In this document: positions 20,631-33,237 of the stretch, piece after piece
Layout: each line of letters begins with the position of its first letter
Position numbering within the stretch: the first letter of the stretch is position 1
Assembly: GCA_963792965.1 (NCBI GenBank)
Contig: CAWBYW010000011.1
Span: 1 to 64,000 of the forward strand
DNA: 64,000 nt
Direction: 5' to 3'
Origin: an uncultured delta proteobacterium
GTDB taxonomy: Bacteria; Desulfobacterota; Zymogenia; Zymogenales; Zymogenaceae
Translations under genes and position numbers: made by a program
Notes under the pieces: generated by a model
What the model was told of the DNA's origin: nothing
Database searches by the model: none
Seen by the model: only the letters and a program-made list of their open reading frames with translations

Positions 20631-21170
20631 ATGAAATCGATTGAATACGTACAGAGAGAGGAACGAAACATTGAATCCCTCCTGGAGATGCTGGACCAGT
20701 CCACGCAGCGCATCGAGAACAGCAAAGACGTTCCTCCCTATATGCTCAAGGAAATCATCGAGCTTCTTCAGATATATATCGACAGCTCTCATAGGGTGAG
20801 AGAAGAGATGATTCTGGCGTACCTCGGCAACTTCGGGATGGACGTCCCCACCGAGGAGTGTGACGAAATACATGGCAGCATTAAGAAGTACGAACGGTTT
20901 CTGCTGAGGGTCGTGGAGGCCTACGACCTCGGGTATGAGGGGGCAAAGAGCGTCTTTGCACACTACGCCAAGCAGTATATCTCGATCCTCAGGCAGCACA
21001 TCAAGCTTGAAAATGAGCTGCTTGCCAGGTGGGTCGACGATCAGGAACAGCGGGACGGCGAGATCCTCAGGCGGATCAAGAAAGTCGACGGCGGCGCGAA
21101 AAGGACCAAGGAGCGCGGCCTGATTCGGATGGAAATGCTGAGAAAGGAGCTGAGGACCGTGGCCGCCTAA
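20631..21170 (+). CDS. Hemerythrin-like (HHE) domain protein, degenerate ligands
   Basis: GGAGGT RBS; DSSHRVREEMIL and YISILRQHIKLENELL helices. Confidence 0.75.
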   Translation: MKSIEYVQREERNIESLLEMLDQSTQRIENSKDVPPYMLKEIIELLQIYIDSSHRVREEMILAYLGNFGMDVPTEECDEIHGSIKKYERFLLRVVEAYDLGYEGAKSVFAHYAKQYISILRQHIKLENELLARWVDDQEQRDGEILRRIKKVDGGAKRTKERGLIRMEMLRKELRTVAA

Positions 21171-21231
21171 CGGAGGGGGGTGGCTCAACGGATCGGTCAT
21201 GTTTATATATATTTCCGGCACGACAAGAGAT

Positions 21232-21258
21232 GAAGGGGGGCAAATGCCCCCCTTTCTT
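21232..21258. terminator. Terminator hairpin between convergent genes
   Basis: AAGGGGGGCA-AA-TGCCCCCCTT followed by TCTT. Confidence 0.7.
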
Positions 21259-21270
21259 CGTGTGCGTCGA

Positions 21271-22035
21271 TCACCGGGGGGGACGCTCGGGCCCAAAATC
21301 GTCCGGGAGTCCTCTCGGATCGATGGGGACAAAGGAGAAATCTCCAAACAACGATTCAATGGTGAACATGACGGGTATGCCCAGATCGTCGACGAGCACG
21401 AACCCGTCTCCGTCGGGCCCTTTCATCATCACCCGGCCCGCCCTGACCTTCTCAATCCCAACCGTAATTTCCTCCCATCCCACGAACCGATAGGTCATCC
21501 GCACGACCTTCCCCTTGCTCAACGAGAGGACCCGAAGTCTCACGGGGTCCTGTTTTCCGACGATCCGCGTCAAGAAACGGTCGGCGTCGGTCCAGTCGAA
21601 TTCGTCGGGCGAAAAGACCTTCTGGTCCTCCCTTCCCCTTTTCACGAGTGTGAGACGGACGACGCCATTCTCGCCCCGCTCGGCGCGCCGCTCCCACGCC
21701 CTTCCGTTTACCTCCCCTCGCGATTCCAGCGTCCTCATGAGCCCCGCCTCATCCCAGTCGACGCCGGCCCGCTCGTAAAAATGGATCGTAAAGGGACCTA
21801 AGCCCGCGGTAAACTCACGAACGCCCCTCTCGCTAAGGAGAGTCCCATCGGCTGTTTTGGTCCAGGCGAAGCGGGAGAGGGAGTGGCCGATCTCGTTGTC
21901 TCTGAAGACGATCTTCCATGCATAGGTGAAGGGGGTGGGCACGTCCTGAGCACAGAGGGGGGGAGGAAGGGCCAGGACAAGCAGGGCTGCAATGATCGTC
22001 GCGAGCGCCCGGATCTTTGCCCGTGAGCCTCTCAC
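21271..22035 (-). CDS. Exported hypothetical protein (beta-rich)
   Basis: Signal peptide ending LCA-Q; start overlaps the hydrolase stop. Confidence 0.7.
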   Translation of the reverse strand: MRGSRAKIRALATIIAALLVLALPPPLCAQDVPTPFTYAWKIVFRDNEIGHSLSRFAWTKTADGTLLSERGVREFTAGLGPFTIHFYERAGVDWDEAGLMRTLESRGEVNGRAWERRAERGENGVVRLTLVKRGREDQKVFSPDEFDWTDADRFLTRIVGKQDPVRLRVLSLSKGKVVRMTYRFVGWEEITVGIEKVRAGRVMMKGPDGDGFVLVDDLGIPVMFTIESLFGDFSFVPIDPRGLPDDFGPERPPR

Positions 22036-22907
22036 CGTCTGCCGCGGCCCCCTGGCCGGCCCAGAGAAGCCAGGAAACGGTCCACTTCCTTATTGAAGCG
22101 CTCGGCCGCCTCGATGAACGGGAGGTGACCGACGCCCGGAATGATCACGACGCGTGACCGGTCCCCCATCGCCCGCCGGGCCAGATCCGCGCCGGCGCGG
22201 GGAAGCACCTCGTCGTGATCCCCCCAGACAATCAGCGTCGGCGCGGCGACTTCGCGCGCCCGTCGTCTGAGGTCCGTCCGCAAGAGCGACCTGGCCATCA
22301 TGACGAGGGCCATGATCCAGAGGTCGTGATCATCCCGTATCTTCATCGCTTCGTACCCCTCGATGATCTGTCCGATGAAGGGGTGGGATTTGTCGGCAAA
22401 GAAAGTCGGCACTCGCTCTTCAAGGCGCCGGGTCATCGCGGCGATGACCTTATGTCTTGGGAAGAGACGGAGCTGAATATCGATGAACCGCGACATGAGG
22501 GGCTGCCTTCCGGAGAAACCGCCCGGCGCGGCCAGGACGAGGGTGGAGACGAGGTTGGGCCTAGCTACCGCCGTCTCCAGGGCGATCGTTCCGCCCATCG
22601 AGCTCCCCACGAGGACGGCCGGTCCCAGATGCAGCTTTTCGATGAGCTCGGCGACGGCGCGCGCCATGAAGGGGATGTCGTAAGGGACGTCTTTCTTCTC
22701 CGAAAGGTAGTACCCGGGATATTCCAGTCCGATAATCCGACGGTGTCCGGCAAAATAGGGGTAGTTCTTTGTGAAACAGCCGAGGTTGACCGAGAAACCG
22801 TGGAGGAACACCATCGGAGTGCCCTTCCCTTCGTCGATGTAGGCGCAGTCGTGGCCGACCAGCGAGATCCGTTTTACCGGATAGGGATAGAAATTCGTGA
22901 GGGACAT
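22032..22907 (-). CDS. Alpha/beta fold hydrolase
   Basis: FLHGF, GSSMGG nucleophile elbow, WGDHD, GHLPFIE. Confidence 0.95.
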   Translation of the reverse strand: MSLTNFYPYPVKRISLVGHDCAYIDEGKGTPMVFLHGFSVNLGCFTKNYPYFAGHRRIIGLEYPGYYLSEKKDVPYDIPFMARAVAELIEKLHLGPAVLVGSSMGGTIALETAVARPNLVSTLVLAAPGGFSGRQPLMSRFIDIQLRLFPRHKVIAAMTRRLEERVPTFFADKSHPFIGQIIEGYEAMKIRDDHDLWIMALVMMARSLLRTDLRRRAREVAAPTLIVWGDHDEVLPRAGADLARRAMGDRSRVVIIPGVGHLPFIEAAERFNKEVDRFLASLGRPGGRGRR

Positions 22908-22961
22908 AGCGCTCTCCCCTCTCAAGCGGGCCCGCTGAAGGTGGTCCGAGGGTCCGTTTCC

Positions 22962-24248
22962 CTACGCATGCATGCGCGCGATGCGCTTTTGGATCGCTTT
23001 ATAGTCGCGCGGGAAGAGGTGTATTGCGATGACCCCCACCGCGACGACGAAGAGATATGCCGCAGGCAAAATCAACAGGCCGTTGACCAGGGCCCCCGTC
23101 CTGTCGCTGATGAGCCCGACGAGCCAGGGACCCACCGAATAGCCGATGCCCGTCTGCACCAACAGCAATAGTGCCATCCCCACGCCGCGATCCCGCGGCT
23201 CCACGAGATCAACGATAACGGCCGACAGGATCGGGAACATAGCCACCGAGAGGATGACTGCGAGGAAGATTGCCGGGATCAACAAGGCGTTGCTGACCAC
23301 GAAGTAGCTTGCGATCATGAAGGGGATGGCCAGCGCCGCCGCGATCGTCTGGACCTTGAGCCGGGCGGTCTTGTCCTTCCGGAACCAGAGATCGGCGACG
23401 ATCGCCCCGCCGAGGGCCCCCACGAAGCCGCCGACGAGCATCGCGATGCCGGCCAGTCTCCCCGCCGCCGCCAGGTCAAACCCCCGCTCGCGGTACAGGT
23501 AAGTGGGCATCCAAAAGGCGTAGCCCTGGGTCCCGAGCTGGATAAGGGCGGTGGCGATGTAGTGGAAAATAAGCGTCCTGGTGGAGAGAATCTTCCTGAT
23601 TTTCGTGAAGAAGTCCTGGGAGGATATCCCCTGTCGTTCTTCCGTGAGACCGTCCTGGGCTCCTCGCACCGGGTTTTTCGTCAAGAGGATGAAGGGCACA
23701 AGGATGACGCCGGGCACGGCGCAGAAGAAAAAGGTCTTCTGCCATCCGTATTTTTGCGCGAGGATCCCCCCGACGATCAGGCCGACGCCGGCCCCAAGCG
23801 GCACCCCCATCTGGAAGACGGCGATGGCGATCGTCCTGACCTTCTGCGAAAAATAGTCCGAAAGCAGCGACACGCCCGAGGGGTGCGCCGAAGCCTCGCC
23901 GGTGCCGGTCACGGCCCGTGCGGCAAAGAGGCTCCAGAAGCCGCCGGCAATTCCCGAGCAGAAGACGGCCCCGCTCCAGAACACGATGCCGGCCGACAAC
24001 ACGTACTTCCTCACAAAGCGGTCCACCGCCGCGCCGATCGGGAGGGCCATGACGGCGTAGAAGAGGGTGAACGCGAGCCCGCCGATGAGGCCGAGCTGGG
24101 CGTCGGTGAGGAGAAAATCCTTCTTGATGAGGGGAGCAAGGATGCTCACGACGCTGCGGTCCATGTAGTTGACGGAGTTGACAAGGGCCAAGATGATCAG
24201 GGCGTAGATGGCTGAAGACTTCGTGACGGAAGAGGGGGTATCGGACAT
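22962..24248 (-). CDS. MFS transporter (spinster-like)
   Basis: NYMDR..LIKKDFLLTDAQLG, GTGEA, about 12 TM segments. Confidence 0.95.
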   Translation of the reverse strand: MSDTPSSVTKSSAIYALIILALVNSVNYMDRSVVSILAPLIKKDFLLTDAQLGLIGGLAFTLFYAVMALPIGAAVDRFVRKYVLSAGIVFWSGAVFCSGIAGGFWSLFAARAVTGTGEASAHPSGVSLLSDYFSQKVRTIAIAVFQMGVPLGAGVGLIVGGILAQKYGWQKTFFFCAVPGVILVPFILLTKNPVRGAQDGLTEERQGISSQDFFTKIRKILSTRTLIFHYIATALIQLGTQGYAFWMPTYLYRERGFDLAAAGRLAGIAMLVGGFVGALGGAIVADLWFRKDKTARLKVQTIAAALAIPFMIASYFVVSNALLIPAIFLAVILSVAMFPILSAVIVDLVEPRDRGVGMALLLLVQTGIGYSVGPWLVGLISDRTGALVNGLLILPAAYLFVVAVGVIAIHLFPRDYKAIQKRIARMHA

Positions 24249-24543
24249 AGGAGTTCTCCGTTAAGAGATGAAAGCCACGATACTATACTTTGAATTATGC
24301 CGCATGTCAACTAATCGGTGGGTATCTCCCATCACGTGCTCCCGACTACGCCCACCTGACCGTCTCTCGCTTCTTCGGCGTTCCCGACAGGCGCCCACGT
24401 ACATGCTCCGCCTCGGGAAAAAAGCGCATCGGCGACAAACGCGGAGACACCCGGCGGACTCACCCCGAGGTCGCGCGTGAGGGTGCGGGGAAAAAAGAGG
24501 TAGTCCGATTTCATCGTCCGCGCGGGCCAGTAAGACAACAATA

Positions 24544-24559
24544 TGTGAACTATATCACA
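24544..24559. promoter_or_regulatory. Consensus CRP-family site
   Basis: TGTGA-ACTATA-TCACA in the divergent MFS/TMEM43 intergenic region. Confidence 0.6.
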
Positions 24560-24705
24560 GACCTTCGCATCGTGTGGAATAGAGTAATCTTGCCCCTTTT
24601 TTGTTTTCATTTCTTGACAAGGGTGTATAATTCTAATATTAAAAAAGAGACCAAAAGAGGTTTACGTCTTTCAGCATTATTAATTATATCTGAAAGGAGT
24701 TACAC

Positions 24706-25866
24706 ATGCCTGATAAGATTACCGAAGTGACCACGAAAAGCTGGGGGGGCAAGATCATGGACTCGATCAAGGGGGTCGTGTTCGGCATCGTGCTCTTCTT
24801 AGCGTCGTTCGTGGTCCTCTGGGTCAACGAAGGGAGCACCGATCTCTCAGTGGTCGCAAAGGGTTCGGTGGTGGCGAGTCCCACCGCAGTGGATACCGCG
24901 GCGGAGGGGAAACTCGTCTCGATAACGGGGATGCTTCAGTCCAATGAGACGATCGGCGATCCCGAGTTCCTCAATCCCGGGAAATACCTGACGCTCACGC
25001 GCAACGTGGAGATGTACGCCTGGGTAGAAAAGAGCGAGTCGGAGACCAAGAAAAACGTTGGAGGGAGTGAGACCACGACCACGACCTATACCTATGCGCA
25101 GGAATGGACGTCCAACCCAGCCGATTCGTCGACCTTCAAGGATCCGACCGGACACACCAACCCGCAGATGCAGTACCAGAACCAGACCTTCACGGTGTCC
25201 TCGGCCTCCGTGGGTGTCTACCCGGTAGACGTCGCTGATATGTCACTTCCCAACCAAACGGACGTCGTCCTGAACACCTCGAGCGTTACCCCGAGATTCT
25301 CGGGGATGGTAAACGGCAATTATATCTACATCAAGCCGGCGGGGTACGGGCCCTACGGCGCAAACACCGCGCCAACGGTCGGGGATCTGCGTATCCACTA
25401 TACCGCGGTCCTCTCAGATCTGAATGTAACGGCCTTCGGGCTCATCCAGGGCGGCAAGCTCGTCCCGTATATGTACAAGGGCAAGGACAAGCTCTACCAC
25501 GCGCGTCCAGGGACGAGGGACGAGGCCATCGCGGCCCTCGCGTATGAGCACAGGGTGACCTCGTGGATCTGGAGACTCGTCGGGTTCTTGATGATGTGGA
25601 TCGGGCTGACGCTGTGCTTCGGGCCCATCAACGCAGTGCTTGACGTGCTGCCGTTCCTCGGAAGCGTCGGCCGCGGGCTCATCGGGGTGGTCATGTTTGT
25701 GGTGGCGCTTGTGTTGTCGCTTGCCACCATCGTCATCTCGATGATCGCCCATAACATCATCGCGCTGATCATCACGATCGTGATCCTGATCGGCATCGTG
25801 TTTATCATCGGCAGGGCGATCAAGAAGAGGAAGGCCGCGCCCTCGGGACCTGCCCCGGCGATGTAG
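24706..25866 (+). CDS. TMEM43/DUF1625 family membrane protein
   Basis: LWVNEG, EGKLV..G, LTRNVEMYAWVE, HTNP, VGDLRI; C-terminal TM segments. Confidence 0.9.
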   Translation: MPDKITEVTTKSWGGKIMDSIKGVVFGIVLFLASFVVLWVNEGSTDLSVVAKGSVVASPTAVDTAAEGKLVSITGMLQSNETIGDPEFLNPGKYLTLTRNVEMYAWVEKSESETKKNVGGSETTTTTYTYAQEWTSNPADSSTFKDPTGHTNPQMQYQNQTFTVSSASVGVYPVDVADMSLPNQTDVVLNTSSVTPRFSGMVNGNYIYIKPAGYGPYGANTAPTVGDLRIHYTAVLSDLNVTAFGLIQGGKLVPYMYKGKDKLYHARPGTRDEAIAALAYEHRVTSWIWRLVGFLMMWIGLTLCFGPINAVLDVLPFLGSVGRGLIGVVMFVVALVLSLATIVISMIAHNIIALIITIVILIGIVFIIGRAIKKRKAAPSGPAPAM

Positions 25867-25888
25867 TGCACCTCTGGTTTTTGGACTC

Positions 25889-25927
25889 AACGGGCGGGGG
25901 GACGGTCCCCTGCCCGTTTTACTTTTT
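25889..25927 (+). terminator. Rho-independent terminator
   Basis: AACGGGCGGGGGA..TCCCCTGCCCGTT then T-rich tail. Confidence 0.75.
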
Positions 25928-25939
25928 AAGAGGAACAGC

Positions 25940-26659
25940 ATGGGTATCGGAGGAGAGTTCCAGGAAAAGACAAAATATATCCGGGGGAAAATACCGGAGG
26001 GATTTTACGGCGGCGGTGCCGTGAAGCCGTTTAAGACCTACCCGGACGCCCCGGTCGTCGGGTTGAGCCGCCCCGCCGAGTCGGGGGGGATGGGCCTCTG
26101 GGAGGCGCTTAGAAAGAGGAGAAGCAGAAGGAGCTATGGGGGCGCGCCTCTGACGTCCGGGGAGCTCTCTCAGCTCCTCTGGGCGGCCTGCGGCGCAAGC
26201 GAGCGAATCGGCGGTTTTCTCTTTCGGACGGCGCCTTCCGCCGGGGCGCTCTTCCCCATCGAGACCTACGTAGCCGTCAGGGTCGTGGCCGGGCTCGAAG
26301 GGGGCCTTTACCATTATAACGTGGCCGACCATACGCTCGAAGAGCTGAGGAAGGGCGATATCTCACGAGAGGTCACCAAGGCGGCCCTCGGCCAGCGGAT
26401 GGTGGAGACGGCCGACGCCGTCTTTTTCTTCTCGGCCGTTTTTGATAGGAGCGCCGTCAAGTACCTTGAGCGGGCCTATCGCTACGTCTACCTCGACACG
26501 GGACACATCGCCCAGAACCTCTTTCTTGCGGCGACTGCGCTGGGGATTGGCGCCTGTCCGATCGGGGCGCTCTTCGACGACGAAATCAATAATGTCCTCG
26601 GTGTGGACGGGCGCGGCGAGGGCATACTCTACATGGCTTCGGTGGGGAGGGAGCCGTAG
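25940..26659 (+). CDS. SagB/ThcOx-like nitroreductase family protein
   Basis: RRSRRSY, LSQLLWAA, RTAPSAGALFPIE, DTGHIAQN. Confidence 0.95.
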   Translation: MGIGGEFQEKTKYIRGKIPEGFYGGGAVKPFKTYPDAPVVGLSRPAESGGMGLWEALRKRRSRRSYGGAPLTSGELSQLLWAACGASERIGGFLFRTAPSAGALFPIETYVAVRVVAGLEGGLYHYNVADHTLEELRKGDISREVTKAALGQRMVETADAVFFFSAVFDRSAVKYLERAYRYVYLDTGHIAQNLFLAATALGIGACPIGALFDDEINNVLGVDGRGEGILYMASVGREP

Positions 26660-26697
26660 ACGAGAGGGGAAAGATACTCTGCCCCCGGGCGGCCCTC

Positions 26698-26726
26698 TTG
26701 ACAAACCCCGACCGGGTGTTTAGATT
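26698..26726 (+). promoter_or_regulatory. sigma70-type promoter of clpB
   Basis: TTGACA-17 nt-TAGATT. Confidence 0.65.
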
Positions 26727-26777
26727 AGTGGAAAAATGCGCGCGTATGCGCGCGGCCATTAAGGAGAGAACGGTAAC

Positions 26778-29370
<2,593 letters not shown>

Positions 29371-29530
29371 GCTCCTCCCGCATGAGACCGTGAGACGTCG
29401 CTGTTCGATTTCCTGAACTAATATCGCGCCTAAATTGTCTTTGGCTGCCGCCCCGGCCAAGCGTACTTCTCGGCCGGTCGGCGGCACAGAGAGGCGTCGG
29501 GGCCTCAATCCGTACACAGGGAGACTATCT

Positions 29531-30712
29531 ATGAAAACGCAGGCGTATCGTCTGATGCTGGGAGCATCGGTTGTCCTTTGCATGGGTCTTGTCGCGCTGG
29601 CCACTGAGACCGCGTCGGCTCCGATCTTTATCGTAAAGCCTCACTATAATTTCATCGCGCCCTTTGTTGAGGGAGTCGCCGTGGTGAAGGTCGATCGGTT
29701 GTACGGATACGTTACCGAGAAGGGAGCCATCATTGTCGAGCCGAAATACGTCTCGGCCGGAGATTTTTCGTCGGGACGCGCACCGGTAAAGGTCGGCGAC
29801 ACATGGGGATTCATCGACCATACCGGGGGGCTGGCCATCAAGCCGACGTATGAGAAGGTCGGCGAGTTTTCCGAGGGGCTCGCGCCGGTATATCTGGATA
29901 AGGCATGGGGATTTATCGACATCTCGGGAAACATGATAATCAATGCCCAGTTTGATGAAACCAAGTCCTTCGCGGAGGGAAAGGCGCCGGTAAAGATCGG
30001 CGAAAAATGGGGCTACGTCGACACGCACGGACAAATGGCCATTCCGCCGCAGTTTAATGACGCCGAGCCGTTTTCGGACGGAATGGCCCGGGTAAAAATC
30101 GGGAATAGCTGGGGGATGATCAATGATCGCGGACAGATTGTGGTCAAGGCGCAATTTGACATGATAGAGCCGTACGTGGAGGGAATGGCGCTCGTATTGG
30201 TAAAGGAAAAGCTGGGATTCATCGACACAAAGGGAGACGTGGTAATAGCCCCACGGTTCAGATATTTCTCCTCATACGACACAATCCACAATTTCTCCGA
30301 GGGGCTCGCCCCCTATCTGGACGATAACGGAAAGTGGGGGTACATAGATAAAAAAGGGAACGCAGTGATCAAGCCGTCCTTCGACGGGGCAAAGGATTTC
30401 TCGGAGGGACTCGCCCCTGTCTCGATGGGCGGCAAGTGGGGCTTTATCGACAAGGGAGGCGCGATCGTGATTCCGGCGCAGTACGGCGACGCCGACGGAT
30501 TTTCGGAAGGGCTTGCTCCGGTGCAGGAATGGACCGGATACGTGCAGGGCGACTGGTCCTACATCGATAAGACGGGATCGACCGTGATCGATATAAAGAA
30601 ATCCGAATACTATAAAGACGACTACATGATCTGGGCCGAGCCGTTTTCGGGGGGGCTTGCCCACGTTTCCATAGGAGATATGGTCGGCATTATCACGTAT
30701 CCGTCACACTAA
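29531..30712 (+). CDS. Secreted WG-repeat protein
   Basis: Signal peptide; repeated FSEGLAPV..KWGFIDKxG units. Confidence 0.95.
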   Translation: MKTQAYRLMLGASVVLCMGLVALATETASAPIFIVKPHYNFIAPFVEGVAVVKVDRLYGYVTEKGAIIVEPKYVSAGDFSSGRAPVKVGDTWGFIDHTGGLAIKPTYEKVGEFSEGLAPVYLDKAWGFIDISGNMIINAQFDETKSFAEGKAPVKIGEKWGYVDTHGQMAIPPQFNDAEPFSDGMARVKIGNSWGMINDRGQIVVKAQFDMIEPYVEGMALVLVKEKLGFIDTKGDVVIAPRFRYFSSYDTIHNFSEGLAPYLDDNGKWGYIDKKGNAVIKPSFDGAKDFSEGLAPVSMGGKWGFIDKGGAIVIPAQYGDADGFSEGLAPVQEWTGYVQGDWSYIDKTGSTVIDIKKSEYYKDDYMIWAEPFSGGLAHVSIGDMVGIITYPSH

Positions 30713-30785
30713 AGAAAAATAGACCAACTACGGGCCCGGCCGGCAGATCCGGCGGCCGGGCCTCGTTTTCGAAGGCTTGGCAGGG

Positions 30786-31250
30786 CTACGTGAGCTCCCT
30801 CAGTCTCTCCGCCACGGCCTTCACGTGGCCGGCCACTTTGACGTCCATCCAGACCGACCGGATCTTCCGGTCCGGGTCGATCAGGAAGGTGCTCCTGATC
30901 GTCCCGATAATCTCCTTGCCGTAGATCTTTTTCTTCCCCCACGCCCCGTAGGCTGTGAGCACCTCGCGGTCCGTGTCGGAAAGCAGCAGGATCTTCAGGG
31001 AGTGGTCGCCGATGAATTTGGCGTGGCTCTCGGGAGGATCGGCGCTCACCCCGATGATCTCGGCGCCGAGTTTGCCGAATTCATCCTTCATGGCGGTAAA
31101 CTCGATGGCCTCATTGGTGCAGCCGGGCGTGTTGTCCTTGGGGTAAAAGTAGAGGACGACCCATTTCCCCGCGAAGTCCGTGAGCCGGACCTGCCTCTTG
31201 TCCTTATCGGGCAGAGCGAAATCGGGCGCGGTTTCTCCTGCCTTCGGCAT
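30786..31250 (-). CDS. bcp: Peroxiredoxin BCP/PrxQ
   Basis: VLYFYPKDNTPGCTNEA, RSTFLID. Confidence 0.95.
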   Translation of the reverse strand: MPKAGETAPDFALPDKDKRQVRLTDFAGKWVVLYFYPKDNTPGCTNEAIEFTAMKDEFGKLGAEIIGVSADPPESHAKFIGDHSLKILLLSDTDREVLTAYGAWGKKKIYGKEIIGTIRSTFLIDPDRKIRSVWMDVKVAGHVKAVAERLRELT

Positions 31251-31388
31251 CTCTCTCCTCCTTCTCAATGGTATCCGTGTACCATTTTATCACAGATTAT
31301 CCGTGATTGTTGTCGTGTGAGAAAGATGTGAGGAGGCTGTCGGATTTGACGGTGGACATCGTATCTCTCACTCTGCTATACTATTTAT

Positions 31389-32267
31389 ATGATCTGTAAC
31401 CTCTGCCCTCGGGAGTGCGGCGTCGACCGGCGGATCACCCGTGGCCGGTGCGGGGCGCCGGACCGGATGGTGTGCGCTTTGGCGCTCCCGTTTCTCTTCG
31501 AGGAGCCGCCCATCAGCGGCACGAAGGGGTGCGGTGCGGTCTTCTTTTCCCACTGCAACCTCGCCTGTGTCTTTTGCCAGAACCACGAGATCTCGGCGGG
31601 GGGGCGTGGGAAGGAGGTCACCCGTGATGAGTTTTCCGGGATTCTCCTCCGGCTTGTACGGCGGGGAGTCCACACGATCAACCTTGTCTCCCCCACGCCC
31701 TATACGAATCTTATCGTCGAGGCGCTCTCCGACATCAAGGCGGACCTCACCGTGCCGGTGGTCTGGAATTCAAACGCGTATGAAAAAGCGGAGACGCTGG
31801 CGACACTTGAGGGTCTTGTCGATGTGTTCCTTCCCGACCTGAAATATATCAATGAGGGGGCCGCGCGGCGCTACTCGGATGCCCCCGACTACCCGGCCGA
31901 GGCGGGGCGGGCGATCAGGGAGATGCACCGACAGGTGGGAAACCTCGTGTTGAGTGACGACGGGACGGCACGGCGGGGCCTCATGATCAGGCACCTGGTT
32001 CTTCCGGGGATGGTGGACGAGTCAAAGGATGTCCTGTCGTGGATCGCGGATACGCTCGGGCCGGAGACCTCGATCAGCCTCATGTCCCAATATTATCCGA
32101 CGCACAGGGCAGCCGAATTTCCGGAGATTGACAGACAGGTCTCGCAACAGGAATATGCCGAAGTCTGTGACTGGGCCCTCTCCCTCGGTTTTGGAAACGG
32201 CTGGTTCCAGGAGGAGGGCGCCGAATGTGCGGAGTTCACGCCGGCGTTTGACCTGCGGGGACTGTAG
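31389..32267 (+). CDS. Radical SAM protein, PflX-like
   Basis: CNLCPRECGVDR, EEPPISG, CNLACVFCQN, IRHLVLPG. Confidence 0.9.
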   Translation: MICNLCPRECGVDRRITRGRCGAPDRMVCALALPFLFEEPPISGTKGCGAVFFSHCNLACVFCQNHEISAGGRGKEVTRDEFSGILLRLVRRGVHTINLVSPTPYTNLIVEALSDIKADLTVPVVWNSNAYEKAETLATLEGLVDVFLPDLKYINEGAARRYSDAPDYPAEAGRAIREMHRQVGNLVLSDDGTARRGLMIRHLVLPGMVDESKDVLSWIADTLGPETSISLMSQYYPTHRAAEFPEIDRQVSQQEYAEVCDWALSLGFGNGWFQEEGAECAEFTPAFDLRGL

Positions 32268-32381
32268 CGGCATGGGGAAGCCCGCTATCGAAGGCGTTTC
32301 TCCAAAACCGTTTAAAAGCCCGGTTACGCCGCCCGTCGCTATTGGTCTGTCCCGCAGCGGGAAGCCGTCGGCTGTTCGCGT

Positions 32382-32582
32382 CTATCCCTTTACCTTCTCC
32401 CAGACGGGGATGCCGTAGACCTTCTCGTACGCGCGGCAGTAGGGGCAAAAATAGCGCTCAAGCTTCATCAAGTGATAGAAGATCCCCTTGCCCCGCTGCC
32501 TTCCCTTGGTACAACCCGGGCACTCATCCTTGCAGAATTGGGCCTTCTTTATCGTCTTCTCGTCGAACTTCTTCTTGGCCAT
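32382..32582 (-). CDS. Small Cys-containing hypothetical protein
   Basis: GGAGG RBS; CKDECPGC..CPYCRAYEKVYG. Confidence 0.75.
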   Translation of the reverse strand: MAKKKFDEKTIKKAQFCKDECPGCTKGRQRGKGIFYHLMKLERYFCPYCRAYEKVYGIPVWEKVKG

Positions 32583-33155
32583 GTTATCCTCCGAATGAAT
32601 GGGGAAATCCTAACATGATATATCGCTCTTTTCAAGGATAAAGCGGCGCCGATGATGCGCCGCGAGCGGGCGCTCATCCCTATTACTTCTGTATAGCAGG
32701 ACGCGGAGCGGACAGAGAGGAAGGGGCCGGGGTTTCAGTGGAGACAGCAGTGGAGATAGGGAGGTGAAAAAAGGAAACCCCCATCTTTCTCTCGACTCCG
32801 TCTCATGAGTTCAGGCCAGGTCCGGTGTGAGACGTTTTTCTGATCCGTTGTCCGTAGTACCGATGGGGGTGAAGATTCTTAATTTTGTCGACATTATACC
32901 AATACAAGAAATGATGTCAAGAAAAAAATGAATGAGTACCCATTCATAACGTATTTTCTTTGCAAAGAACGTCCTAAATCATATCTTAAAGGAATAAACC
33001 GCCAAGAATAGTTACTGAATATGCCGCTCTCGTTTTCTGCTGTCGTTTCACCCCACACAACTCCCGAAACTCGCCGAGGAACGGACCCGCATCCATCCGC
33101 CTCCCGCTCGAATTGATGCATTAAATCCTTTAATCCATCCCGCGCACGATTTCAC

Positions 33156-33205
33156 TTGACATGATTTAGTAGATTACATAGAATAGACAAATTGTTATAA
33201 ATGTC
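33156..33205 (+). promoter_or_regulatory. sigma70 promoter with probable TetR operator
   Basis: TTGACA(33156)-17 nt-TAGAAT; GACA-N12-TGTC at 33186-33205. Confidence 0.7.
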
Positions 33206-33237
33206 CAATTATTATATGGACAGCTATTGTAAGGTAT

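Noticed and set aside
25940-26659. SagB-like gene as an azole RiPP cluster
   Set aside because: No YcaO, E1-like protein or precursor nearby; stand-alone nitroreductases are common.
29620-30660. CRISPR-like periodic repeats
   Set aside because: These are degenerate coding WG repeats, not identical repeats with spacers; the same applies to the FG-GAP and TPR regions.
31389-32582. PflX-like rSAM plus the 66-aa Cys protein as a second RiPP pair
   Set aside because: Convergent orientation, and the enzyme has no RRE or SPASM domain.
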